Source of the DNA: Oscillospiraceae bacterium
Lineage (GTDB): Bacteria; Bacillota; Clostridia; Oscillospirales; SIG627
Direction of reading: 5' to 3'
DNA: 64,000 nucleotides
Assembly: GCA_015064635.1 (NCBI GenBank)
Contig: SVRV01000008.1
Span: forward strand, 12,770 to 76,769
Below the pieces are notes generated by a model. It saw only the letters and a program-made list of their open reading frames with translations. It was not told the origin of the DNA and did no database searches. The number at the start of each line of letters is the position of its first letter. Within the stretch, counting starts at the first letter, position 1. Positions 43,981 to 53,261 of this stretch are shown piece after piece. A program made the position numbers and the translations under genes.

Positions 43981-45468
43981 TTAACCGAGCTTGTCAAATA
44001 CCTTTACAATCTTCTTATAGTGGATTCTTGCGTTACCGTATTTTGACTGGTAGTATGACTCGAAGTTGTTGTTGCCCTTTTCAAACATAGCACCAAGCAT
44101 GAATCCAAAGCCCTGAAAACCGCCGTAGATATAACCGAAGTCGTACATACGTCCGTTGATGAGTATATCAAGAACATCCTTTGACTCGTTATCTCTGAGG
44201 TATCTTGTCTTGAGAGCGATTTCGTAAAGTGTGGGAATAACCTGCTTGTAAGACTCAGCAGAAAGAGCTTCCATAACGATGCCTACAAATTCTGTGTCTT
44301 TAACAGTTTTCGGAACTGCCAGACATGTGTGCTCACCTGATGCCATTGTATAATAGTTCTGCTGATTTTCATCCCACTTGGGAAGAGGAAGCATACCGTA
44401 TTCATCTTCAAAGTTACGGAGTCCCTCGCCTGTGGGAGAGCCTACATTGCCCATTGCGAAAATTGCCTGCTTTGCAAGGAAGAGATCCATACCTTGACCT
44501 GCTTCATTGTCTCTTCTGTAGTGAACACCGTTTGAGTTGAAGAGGTAATCGTAAAGACTGTTTACGATGTTATTGATCTTGTCTGTCTTGACAGCGATTT
44601 GAGGAACGCCATCCTCGTCCTTCTTAACTGTGGGGTTGTCAAATGCCCAAAGCCAAGCGGATACGCCTATCTGCCAAGCGTGGGACTGTGCAAATCCGTA
44701 GAAGTCTCCGTCAGACTTGTCGCCCGAGCCGTCCTGGTCGATGTAGATGTCCTTTGTAAGCTCAACAAAGTAATCGAATGTCCACTCACCGTTGATTACG
44801 GCTTCATAGAGGTTGCCCATGTCGTAAGCTGCTGCAAGGTTCTTGTTGAAGAACATACACATAGCACCCGAAACCGCTGTGTAGTTGAAATCGGAAATAG
44901 CAAGGATACACTTGCCGTCGTAGGTAAGCTCATTTGCACAGGATGATGCCCACCAAGGCTTTGAAAAGTCAACGTGGGGGATGTCATACCAGTTGAGGAA
45001 TACGTTTTTAAGAACTGTACCGCCTGCCGATGCAGTGTGTGAGCAGAAAAGGTCGAATTCATCAGCACCGGAGAGTACTGTTTTTGATACCCAGTTCTGA
45101 ACGTCCGAATAAGCCGCTCTGTATGCAACCTCGATTTCGAAGTTGAAGCGGTCTTCAACCGCCTTGTTTCTTGAATATTTTGCATCTGCGATAAGGTCAC
45201 CCTTATTTCTGTTTTCTTCATCGATGAAATATTCATCGGTTCTGTGGCTGGCAATTCTGAACTTTCTTCCGCCGAAGTCCTTTTCGGGAAGCTCGTCGGA
45301 AATTGCCGCACGCTCTGCGAAAATGTCGCCTTCAACAGCCGGACCTGTGTTTTGTGTACCTGTGGATGTTGACGTTTTCTTCTCTTCTTCCTTGCTACAT
45401 GATACAGCCATAAGTGTGGCTGAAAGAACCATGGCAAGAACAAGAAGCATTGAAATTATTCTTTTCAT
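43981..45468 (-). CDS. Lipoprotein, putative orphan solute-binding protein; paralogue 4 of 4
   Basis: 495 aa. Its signal peptide is nearly identical to that of paralogue 3 (MKRIISMLLVLAMVLSATLMAVSC|S). Confidence 0.85.
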   Translation of the reverse strand: MKRIISMLLVLAMVLSATLMAVSCSKEEEKKTSTSTGTQNTGPAVEGDIFAERAAISDELPEKDFGGRKFRIASHRTDEYFIDEENRNKGDLIADAKYSRNKAVEDRFNFEIEVAYRAAYSDVQNWVSKTVLSGADEFDLFCSHTASAGGTVLKNVFLNWYDIPHVDFSKPWWASSCANELTYDGKCILAISDFNYTAVSGAMCMFFNKNLAAAYDMGNLYEAVINGEWTFDYFVELTKDIYIDQDGSGDKSDGDFYGFAQSHAWQIGVSAWLWAFDNPTVKKDEDGVPQIAVKTDKINNIVNSLYDYLFNSNGVHYRRDNEAGQGMDLFLAKQAIFAMGNVGSPTGEGLRNFEDEYGMLPLPKWDENQQNYYTMASGEHTCLAVPKTVKDTEFVGIVMEALSAESYKQVIPTLYEIALKTRYLRDNESKDVLDILINGRMYDFGYIYGGFQGFGFMLGAMFEKGNNNFESYYQSKYGNARIHYKKIVKVFDKLG

Positions 45469-45548
45469 GTTTTTCTCCTTAAATTAAAAAATAAAAGTAC
45501 ATGGTTACAACATAGTATAACAAATTGTTACGGAATAGTAAATTAATT

Positions 45549-45584
45549 AAATGCACAAAAAGAGCAACGTTTTTTTGTGCATTT
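45549..45584. repeat. Conserved inverted repeat (copy 4 of 4), upstream of the first paralogue
   Basis: AAATGCACAAAAA-N10-TTTTTGTGCATTT. No gene ends here on the minus strand, so this copy cannot simply be the terminator of an upstream paralogue. Confidence 0.85.
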
Positions 45585-45755
45585 AAACATTCAGCCTTCT
45601 ATTGCTGCTTTTTTGTTCAAAATTCTGCTTACGAGTGGGGGGAAGCTATGACGTGATAATTCCAAAAAATCAATTGTATATCGAACTATTTAAGTTGACA
45701 TATTGTGAAGTTTTTGATATCATAAACAAAAAGAACTGATAAGATGGAGAACAAA

Positions 45756-47369
45756 ATGAAAGTAGCGCTTATTCAGCCCCCGTATTCTACGGATTACTCA
45801 AAAATTGACGAATACTTCAAAAAGGAAATAGAATATCTTGATTCATGCGACTCATCAATGGACATTATCGTCATGCCCGAGCTTTGCGATGTGCCCTGCC
45901 TTGCCTCCACCCGTGAGGACAATGAGGCGGCGGTGAGAAAATACAATAAAACATTTCTCGATAAATGCTCCGAGACCGCAAGGAGATGCGGTGCCATTAT
46001 CTTTGCCAACGCAAGGGATAAAAGCGATAAAGGATATCTCAACACTACCTTTGCCTTTGACAGGCAGGGTAATATTGTGGGGAAATACTATAAACAGCAC
46101 CTTGTTCAAAGTGAGGTTGATAAAATAAAGCTTGACAGTGACTATTCCTTTGAATTTTCAGAGCCTGTGGTCTTGGAAATCGAGGGAATGAGATTCGGCT
46201 TCCTTGTGTGCTATGATTTTTACTTCTATGAGGCTTTTGCCAACATGGCAAGATACAACCTCGATGCAGTTATCGGTTGTTCACACCAGAGAAGTGACAC
46301 CCACCTTGCCCTTGAAATAATGTCACAGTTTCTTGCCTATAACACAAACGCATATGTCCTTCGCTCATCGGTTTCCATGGATGAAAGCTCGGATATCGGC
46401 GGCGGAAGCATGGTAGTTTCACCGAGAGGCGAGATACTTCTCAATATGAAGAGCAGAACGGGCATTGAATGTGTGGAAATAGATATAAAGGATAAATACT
46501 ATAAGCCCGCAGGCTTCGGAAATCCTCCGTCATCCCACCACGAGTATATCGAGATAGGCAGACGTCCTTGGAAATACCGTCCCGGCGGCTCGGCAATAGT
46601 GAGAGATGACAAAAGGATGAAATACCCCAGAGTCTGTGCTCACCGAGGCTTTAATACAATTGCCCCCGAAAACAGCCTGCCCGCCTTTGGTGCGGCGGTT
46701 TCAATGGGTGCGGATGAGATAGAGTTCGACCTTTGGGAAACAGCCGACGGTGAGATAGTATCCATACATGACCAAAGCCTTGAGCGTGTGTCAAACGGCA
46801 CGGGATATGTATGGGGGCACACCCTTGAGGAGCTTAAAGCACTTGATTTCGGCATAAAGCACGGCAAGGAATTCGAGGGACTCAGTATCCCCACATTTGA
46901 GGAAATACTCAAAAAATTCTCCTGTCACACCGTTATGAATATACATATCAAATTGAGGGAAAATCACAAGCCTTACAACGAGAGGGCGCTGAAGAAAATT
47001 GTTGACCTTATAGACAAGTACGATTGCCGTAAATATGTGTATTTCATGATATCAAATAACGAGCTTCTCGCCCGTCAATGCAAGGAGATAGCTCCTGACA
47101 TTCCCCTTTGCGCAGGTGCGGGGGATGACCCTTGGGGAATGGTGGATTTTGCCATTCGTGAGGGATGCCAAAAGGTACAGCTTTTCAAACCTTATTTTGA
47201 TAAGGCAATGATTGACAAGGCTCATGAAAACGGAATAATATGCAATGTCTTTTGGTCGGATGACCCGAAGGAGACAAAGGAATTCCTTGAAATGGGCATT
47301 GATACAATACTTACAAACGATTACAACCGCATCGCAAGAGCGGTAAACGAATTCAAAGAGGAGAAATAA
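45756..47369 (+). CDS. Fusion protein: carbon-nitrogen hydrolase (nitrilase superfamily) plus glycerophosphodiester phosphodiesterase (GDPD)
   Basis: The N-terminal half is KVALIQP...VMPELC...GFLVCYDFYFYE (the Glu and Cys elbow of CN hydrolases). The C-terminal half is VCAHRGFNTIAPENSLPAF...GADEIEFDLWETADGEIVSIHD (the GDPD HRG/E-D-H motifs). ATG 45756 lies 6 nt after GGAG. The ORF-track start is 45744. A TTGACA-17-TATCAT promoter lies at about 45690-45720. Confidence 0.85.
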   Translation: MKVALIQPPYSTDYSKIDEYFKKEIEYLDSCDSSMDIIVMPELCDVPCLASTREDNEAAVRKYNKTFLDKCSETARRCGAIIFANARDKSDKGYLNTTFAFDRQGNIVGKYYKQHLVQSEVDKIKLDSDYSFEFSEPVVLEIEGMRFGFLVCYDFYFYEAFANMARYNLDAVIGCSHQRSDTHLALEIMSQFLAYNTNAYVLRSSVSMDESSDIGGGSMVVSPRGEILLNMKSRTGIECVEIDIKDKYYKPAGFGNPPSSHHEYIEIGRRPWKYRPGGSAIVRDDKRMKYPRVCAHRGFNTIAPENSLPAFGAAVSMGADEIEFDLWETADGEIVSIHDQSLERVSNGTGYVWGHTLEELKALDFGIKHGKEFEGLSIPTFEEILKKFSCHTVMNIHIKLRENHKPYNERALKKIVDLIDKYDCRKYVYFMISNNELLARQCKEIAPDIPLCAGAGDDPWGMVDFAIREGCQKVQLFKPYFDKAMIDKAHENGIICNVFWSDDPKETKEFLEMGIDTILTNDYNRIARAVNEFKEEK

Positions 47370-47372
47370 GAA

Positions 47373-48401
47373 ATGATTACTGAAAAGATTTTCGGAAAGA
47401 CATCAAATGGCGAAGAGGTAAAGGAATATATACTTTCAAACGGTAGAGCCGAGGTTTCGATAATCAACTTCGGCGGTGCGATAAGATATATAAAGATGCC
47501 CGATAAAAACGGCGCGATTCAGGACGTTGTACTGGGTTGGGATGACGTTGAGGGCTATGAAAAGGGAAGTGGCTTCTACGGAGCATTTGTTGGCAGATAC
47601 GGTAACAGAATCATAAATTCGGAGTTCACTCTCAACGGCAAAACCTATCACCTTACCCCAAACAATGGCAGAAACCACCTTCACGGAACATTTTCAAAGC
47701 GTGTGCTTGATTCACACATTGACGGGGACAGCGTAGTAATGACACTTGTAAGTCCTCCCGAAGAGGAAGGCTACCCCGGAAAGCTTGCCATAACCATCGT
47801 TTACACGCTCACCGATAAAAACGGATTGCAGATGGGATATACCGCAGCCACCGACGAGGACACCGTTATAAATCTTACAAACCACTCCTATTTCAATCTC
47901 AACGGACAGAACGGCAGAGGAGTCGAGACACTCCGGCTTCAGATGAACGCTGATTTTTATACACCCGTGAATGAGGAGGTAATTCCCACAGGTGAAATAC
48001 TTTCGGTTGAAGGAACTCCCTTTGATTTGCGAGAGGGCTTGAAAGTCGGAGACGGTCTTGCAAGCAATCATCCGCAGATGGCGCTTATCGGTACATATGA
48101 CCATAACTTTATTTTCCCAAAGGCTGACCGAGAGATTCCCTTTGCCACAGTTTATGCCGAAGACACGGGTATAAAAATGGAAGCCTTCACAACGGAGCCC
48201 GCTGTTCAGCTCTATGTCAAGAAAGCACAGGATGTTCCCGCAGCGGAAGAGGGCAAGAAGAACCCCAAGCAGTCAGCACTTTGCCTTGAAACCCAGCACT
48301 ATCCCGCAAGCCCCAATTTTGCTCATTTCCCATCAACCGTTTTGAAGAAGGGTGACACATATCACCATTTCACCGAATACCGATTCAGTGTAGTTGAATG
48401 A
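47373..48401 (+). CDS. galM: Aldose 1-epimerase (galactose mutarotase)
   Basis: 342 aa. GRYGNRI, NHLHG, TNHSYFNL and LETQHYP are mutarotase motifs. Confidence 0.9.
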   Translation: MITEKIFGKTSNGEEVKEYILSNGRAEVSIINFGGAIRYIKMPDKNGAIQDVVLGWDDVEGYEKGSGFYGAFVGRYGNRIINSEFTLNGKTYHLTPNNGRNHLHGTFSKRVLDSHIDGDSVVMTLVSPPEEEGYPGKLAITIVYTLTDKNGLQMGYTAATDEDTVINLTNHSYFNLNGQNGRGVETLRLQMNADFYTPVNEEVIPTGEILSVEGTPFDLREGLKVGDGLASNHPQMALIGTYDHNFIFPKADREIPFATVYAEDTGIKMEAFTTEPAVQLYVKKAQDVPAAEEGKKNPKQSALCLETQHYPASPNFAHFPSTVLKKGDTYHHFTEYRFSVVE

Positions 48402-49225
48402 GAACATTTAAAAAAGCATATGTGGAGATAACCAATGTATGCAATAAAAAGTGTTCCTTTTGCCACGGCACAAAAAGAGTGCCAAAGGAAATGTCCGAGG
48501 CTGAATTTGAAAGGGTACTTGATGAGCTGAAAGGTGTCACCGAGTACATCTACCTTCACGTTTTGGGTGAGCCTCTTTGCCACCCGCAGGCAATACCTTT
48601 TATAAATACGGCGACTGCAAGAGGCTTCAAGGTTACCGTCACCACCAACGGAACGCTCCTTCGTGACGAGCTCCTTGACAGCGGACTTTATAAATTTCAG
48701 GTATCACTTCACAGCTTTGAAGGGGATGACGAGGCAGAGAAAAAGGCATATCTCGACAGAATAACGGGGGTTTCAAAAAAAGCGGCAGAGCGTGGAATAC
48801 TTGTATCTCTCCGTCTTTGGAATTTGAAGACTGATGTGTCAAATGCCTTTACCCTTGACGTATTGGAGAGCACTTTCCCAAAACCTTGGAAAGAGGGGAG
48901 AGATAATTCCTTCACCCTTGCAAAAAATGTATTTTTGAGCTTTGCCAACCGCTTTGAATGGCCTGACATGGAGGCAGAGGAAGGTGATGACACTCTCTTT
49001 TGCTACGGGCTTCGTGACCAGATAGGCATTTTGTCAAACGGTATCGTCGTTCCCTGCTGCCTTGATGCGGAGGGTGACATAGCACTCGGCAATATTTATA
49101 CCGAAAGCCTTTCGTATATTCTGGAGGGTGACAGAGCAAAGGCAATTTATGACGGCTTTTCAAAAAGACGTGCCGTTGAAGAATTATGTCGCAAATGTGC
49201 ATACGCAAAAAGATTCGGACTGTGA
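48398..49225 (+). CDS. Radical SAM protein with a C-terminal SPASM/twitch-like Cys cluster
   Basis: 275 aa. CNKKCSFC is the CX3CX2C motif. The C-terminus carries CYG...VPCCLD...CRKC. Confidence 0.8.
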   Translation: MRTFKKAYVEITNVCNKKCSFCHGTKRVPKEMSEAEFERVLDELKGVTEYIYLHVLGEPLCHPQAIPFINTATARGFKVTVTTNGTLLRDELLDSGLYKFQVSLHSFEGDDEAEKKAYLDRITGVSKKAAERGILVSLRLWNLKTDVSNAFTLDVLESTFPKPWKEGRDNSFTLAKNVFLSFANRFEWPDMEAEEGDDTLFCYGLRDQIGILSNGIVVPCCLDAEGDIALGNIYTESLSYILEGDRAKAIYDGFSKRRAVEELCRKCAYAKRFGL

Positions 49226-49954
49226 TTACAGTCCGATTTTTTTGGGCGATATTCCGGTTATTCTCTTAAAGCTTTGAGAAAAGTATGCGGGGGAAGAAAA
49301 GCCGAGAATATCCGACACCTCGGACACTCTTTTTCCGTCTTGCAGAAGCTCCCTTGCACGATGTATCTTCATTTCGTTGAAATATGCCTTGATTCCGATA
49401 CCCGAATAGACCGAAAATGCTTTTTTTAAGGTAGTGAGACACACTCCGCAATGCTTTGCTATTGTATTTGAACTCAAATCCTTATCCATATTGTCAGCCA
49501 TGAAATTCACAGCATTGTGGTATATTTCCGATAGTGCCTCACGCTTCGTATGAGAGTTTTCATCACGCCCGGAAAGTCTTATGAAAAACGCCTCAATAAG
49601 CTTTACGAGGGCGTCACCCTCTGATTCATCAATTACAGAAACCAGTGCCATATCGGTTTTATTGAGCTCGAAAATTGCACTTTCCTCCACGGGAAAGGTA
49701 TCGTCGGATAACTCAAAGCTTAAAGAAATCAGCTCCGCTCCGCCTTCTGAGGTGACACGGCTCATGTGGAATACACCCGGCTTCCAAATCGCAAAGCTTC
49801 CCCTTGAGAGAGAAAACACCTTGCTGTTACAGGTCAGCTCTATTGTCCCTTTTAGTATTATGTTAGCCTCGTACTTTCCGTGACGGTGACCTATGAAGCG
49901 AAAATCGGGGCTTTGATGCATGTGTCTTGCACCATAGAGATTCAAAATTTTCAT
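49226..49954 (-). CDS. AraC-family transcriptional regulator
   Basis: It has an N-terminal cupin-like sensor and a C-terminal double HTH (IAKHCGVCLTTLKKAF...VSEVSDILGFSSPAYFSQSFKRITGISPK). ATG 49954 is preferred over TTG 49966. It is divergent from the glycosidase gene. Confidence 0.88.
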   Translation of the reverse strand: MKILNLYGARHMHQSPDFRFIGHRHGKYEANIILKGTIELTCNSKVFSLSRGSFAIWKPGVFHMSRVTSEGGAELISLSFELSDDTFPVEESAIFELNKTDMALVSVIDESEGDALVKLIEAFFIRLSGRDENSHTKREALSEIYHNAVNFMADNMDKDLSSNTIAKHCGVCLTTLKKAFSVYSGIGIKAYFNEMKIHRARELLQDGKRVSEVSDILGFSSPAYFSQSFKRITGISPKKIGL

Positions 49955-50067
49955 ATTCTTCACCAAATGACCAAAATATAAAATTTTGTGTCTAAAAGTG
50001 TATTTACTGTTATTTATTTATATTATAGTATATAATTAAATAAATTTCAAGATAAGGGAGAAAAAAC

Positions 50068-52191
50068 ATGGTAAGCTATTGTACTTACAGAAACCATCTT
50101 GCAAAATACGACGATGAAAGCTATACCTTGACACTTGTACATACACCTACGGGGGCGAAGTCTGAGCTTGTGATAGACGGACTTTATCTTGACGGCGAAA
50201 AATTCATAGATATGACAGAGTATGCAAAATGCTCTGTTGGACATACCTTTGACAGCGAAACCCCCGAGAGAAAAATGTCACTCACCTTCATCCCGAAGGA
50301 AAGCGAAAAGGACTTGCCCACATTCCAGATATTCGTGACCGTAAGTTCAAGACAGATAAAGGTTATGTTCTATGAGATGCAGCAATACAGAATAGTATTG
50401 AATGGCACTATGGTAAACGGTGACAGCGAGGATTGCTTCGCCGTGAACCTGAAGGACACAGCCACCGAGGCGATAAGATGTGCCATCGGTCCTGCGACAT
50501 CCCTTTACGATAACGCCCTTTACAATAAAAAGACAGACTCCGCCTTCTGCGTGGAGGGCTGCCGTGATTTCAGAATGCACTATGATTGGAGCAAGAAGTC
50601 CTACGGCTTCAGAATGTCCACCATAAGCGAGGGTGTTGCAGAAATTATACTCTTCAAGATGAAGGAGCATATCCTATCCGATAAATATGATATTGACTTT
50701 GTTCCCCTTAAAAAGAGGGGCAAATACGATGCTCCTCCTGCGGGCTGGATGACTTGGTATGCTGTAAAATTCGACGCCTCCGAGGAAAAGGTGCTCTCCA
50801 ACGCACGCTTTCAGTCGGAGCATCTGAAGGATTTCGGTGCGGACACCGTTTGGGTAGATTGGGAATGGTATCACAAAAAATACGAAAAGGAACGCTTTGA
50901 CGGTGTTGACTGCTTCAATCCCGACCCCAAGAAATACCCCAACGGTCTTGGCTACGTGGCTGATGAAATAAAGAAGTGTGGCTTCATTCCCGCACTCTGG
51001 ATGGGCTTTACAAATGACCCCGCAATGACGGAATACGAAAAGGAGCATCCTGAAATAAGCCTTGCTCACTATGAAACATGGAGCGGAAAGTATTACTACG
51101 ACATAACTCATCCCGAGTACTTAAACGGCTTTCTTCCCAAGGCTGTACAGCAGATAAAGGACTGGGGGTATGAGGCGGTAAAATATGACACCCTTCCAAA
51201 TTGCATATTTGCTCACGAAAGATTCCACCAAAATATGACAGACCCCGACATGACCACTCATGAAGCTTTTGTGGGAATGATAAAGAAAACAAGAGAGCTT
51301 TTAGGTGAGGACTTCTTCATGCTTGCCTGTGGCGGATACGTTTCCTCAATTCTTTGGAGTGCGGGCGTGTTTGATGCCTCCCGTATCGGCCCCGACCTCT
51401 TTACGTGGGAAAAATTTGTGCTGACCATTAAGAGACTTCGAATGTACTATCCCCTCCACAACATTGCACTTATCAATGACCCCGATAACGTGGTGCTTCG
51501 TGACGAGTACAGCAATATGAATCAGGCAATATCAAGGCTTTCAATCGTGTCTCTTCTCGGTCTTCCTCTTACCTTCGGAGATGACCTCCCATCCCTTCCA
51601 AAGGAGCGAGTTGACCTTTTAAAGCGTGCCCTTCCTGTAATGAAGGTGCATCCCACCGACTTCAACAATGCAATCTGCGACGGAAAGACACAAATCATTT
51701 GCCAGAAGATTGCGCTTCCCTTTGAGGAATATCTTGTAACGGGCATTATGAACCTTACAGAGGGCGAGCTTGTCCGTGATATCAGCTTCAAGGAAACCCT
51801 GAGACTTGACGTGGGTAAATACCTTGCCTATGACTATTTCAGAGACGAGTATCTCGGCATCGTGGAAGAGGGAATACAGCTTGACTTTACTCCATTTGAA
51901 ACGAGAGTTCTCGCCCTTCGCCCACTCCTTGACCGCCCGCAGATAGTCAGCACCTCCCGTCACCTTTCCCAGGGTGCGGCAGAGCTGAAAAATGTTGAAT
52001 GGAAGAATAACACTCTTAAAATCACATCAGCGCTTGTTAAGGGAGATGCATACAAGCTTACCCTTTATATCCCCGATGACTTCACCTTCAAATCAACAAG
52101 CCTTGGAGATGTAGAGGTGAAAGGAAATATCCTCACTCTCAAATTTACCCCCGATGACAACCGTGAATATACATTTGTAATAGAGCTTTAA
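50068..52191 (+). CDS. Putative glycoside hydrolase, melibiase (alpha-galactosidase)-like
   Basis: 707 aa with no signal peptide. PAGWMTWYAV...DFGADTVWVDWEWY resembles the GH27/GH36-clan TIM-barrel entry strands. The exact family and substrate cannot be determined by eye. Confidence 0.6.
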   Translation: MVSYCTYRNHLAKYDDESYTLTLVHTPTGAKSELVIDGLYLDGEKFIDMTEYAKCSVGHTFDSETPERKMSLTFIPKESEKDLPTFQIFVTVSSRQIKVMFYEMQQYRIVLNGTMVNGDSEDCFAVNLKDTATEAIRCAIGPATSLYDNALYNKKTDSAFCVEGCRDFRMHYDWSKKSYGFRMSTISEGVAEIILFKMKEHILSDKYDIDFVPLKKRGKYDAPPAGWMTWYAVKFDASEEKVLSNARFQSEHLKDFGADTVWVDWEWYHKKYEKERFDGVDCFNPDPKKYPNGLGYVADEIKKCGFIPALWMGFTNDPAMTEYEKEHPEISLAHYETWSGKYYYDITHPEYLNGFLPKAVQQIKDWGYEAVKYDTLPNCIFAHERFHQNMTDPDMTTHEAFVGMIKKTRELLGEDFFMLACGGYVSSILWSAGVFDASRIGPDLFTWEKFVLTIKRLRMYYPLHNIALINDPDNVVLRDEYSNMNQAISRLSIVSLLGLPLTFGDDLPSLPKERVDLLKRALPVMKVHPTDFNNAICDGKTQIICQKIALPFEEYLVTGIMNLTEGELVRDISFKETLRLDVGKYLAYDYFRDEYLGIVEEGIQLDFTPFETRVLALRPLLDRPQIVSTSRHLSQGAAELKNVEWKNNTLKITSALVKGDAYKLTLYIPDDFTFKSTSLGDVEVKGNILTLKFTPDDNREYTFVIEL

Positions 52192-52199
52192 AAAAATAT

Positions 52200-52245
52200 G
52201 AGCTAAGATACCTTCTTTAAGGATATCTTAGCTCTTTTTCGGTTT
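52200..52245 (+). terminator. Intrinsic terminator after the glycosidase gene
   Basis: GAGCTAAGATA-CC...GGATATCTTAGCTC stem with one bulge, followed by TTTTT. Confidence 0.7.
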
Positions 52246-52260
52246 AGACTTAATGATGCA

Positions 52261-53214
52261 TCACTTTTTCGTTAGCATCTCTTTTGCTATTTCCGCAAAT
52301 GCCTTTGCACTGTTTGACAGAGATGTATTTTTGTTATAAAGTATTTTTGCTTGACGGCAATTTTCCTGAAAATCGGTAATAAAGTAAAGCACGTCCTTGT
52401 TTTCGGGAATATTTTTTATCAGATAATCGGTGGTAATTACAGCGCCAAGTCCGTTTTCCATCATATAGTAGTGTTCTTCAAGAGTATTTGAGTTATATGT
52501 GTGACACGAGGAAACACTTGCATTTTCAATGAATTTGTGAACGTAGCTTTGAATACTGGAATTTTTGCTGACCCTCAAGAATTCCACGTTTTTAAAAAGT
52601 GAATAATCCGATATTATTCTTTCCTCTTTTACTGTATCGGTTACTATTTCACTGTATGGTACGGCAAAGGAAAAGAGCCTTTCGTCTGTTATACCGTCAC
52701 GCCTTACAGCTACTACAAATTTCTCTTTATGCAGGGGTATGTAATCGAATTTGCTTTCATTACAAGTGTAATTTATCATAAGGTTAGCATTGCCACTTTC
52801 AAGCATTGAGTACAGCTCTTTTTTGGGATATCCGCTTCCGAAATTTGCAGTCATTTCCACATGGGGATATTTCTTGCGAAGTATGCCGAAAATTTTCGGT
52901 ATTATTTTATATGACAGAAAATTTGTACCGATTACCACCAGCTTTTCGTGGGACAAATTCGAAAGGAGTTTGACGCGCCGCATCATATTTTTTTCATTTA
53001 TCATAGCTTCGTCAAGATAATCAATATATATTTTTCCCTCACGTGTGAGTGAAAGAGGCGAGGTTCTTCTGTCAAAAATTTCAAACCCCAACTCGTTTTC
53101 ACGCTTTTTTACCGTGGCACTGAGTGAGGGCTGTGATATGTACAGCTCCTTTGCTGCGAGGGAAAAGCTTTTTGTTTGGTATACCTTGTAAATGTATTTG
53201 TTTGCTCTTTCCAT
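52261..53214 (-). CDS. LysR-family transcriptional regulator
   Basis: 317 aa. The N-terminal HTH is FSLAAKELYISQPSLSATVKKRENELGFEIFDR. It is divergent from the 1895-aa gene. Confidence 0.9.
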   Translation of the reverse strand: MERANKYIYKVYQTKSFSLAAKELYISQPSLSATVKKRENELGFEIFDRRTSPLSLTREGKIYIDYLDEAMINEKNMMRRVKLLSNLSHEKLVVIGTNFLSYKIIPKIFGILRKKYPHVEMTANFGSGYPKKELYSMLESGNANLMINYTCNESKFDYIPLHKEKFVVAVRRDGITDERLFSFAVPYSEIVTDTVKEERIISDYSLFKNVEFLRVSKNSSIQSYVHKFIENASVSSCHTYNSNTLEEHYYMMENGLGAVITTDYLIKNIPENKDVLYFITDFQENCRQAKILYNKNTSLSNSAKAFAEIAKEMLTKK

Positions 53215-53261
53215 ATATACCTCATAGATTTTTATTTATACTTTGAAAGGTTTATTTGTAT

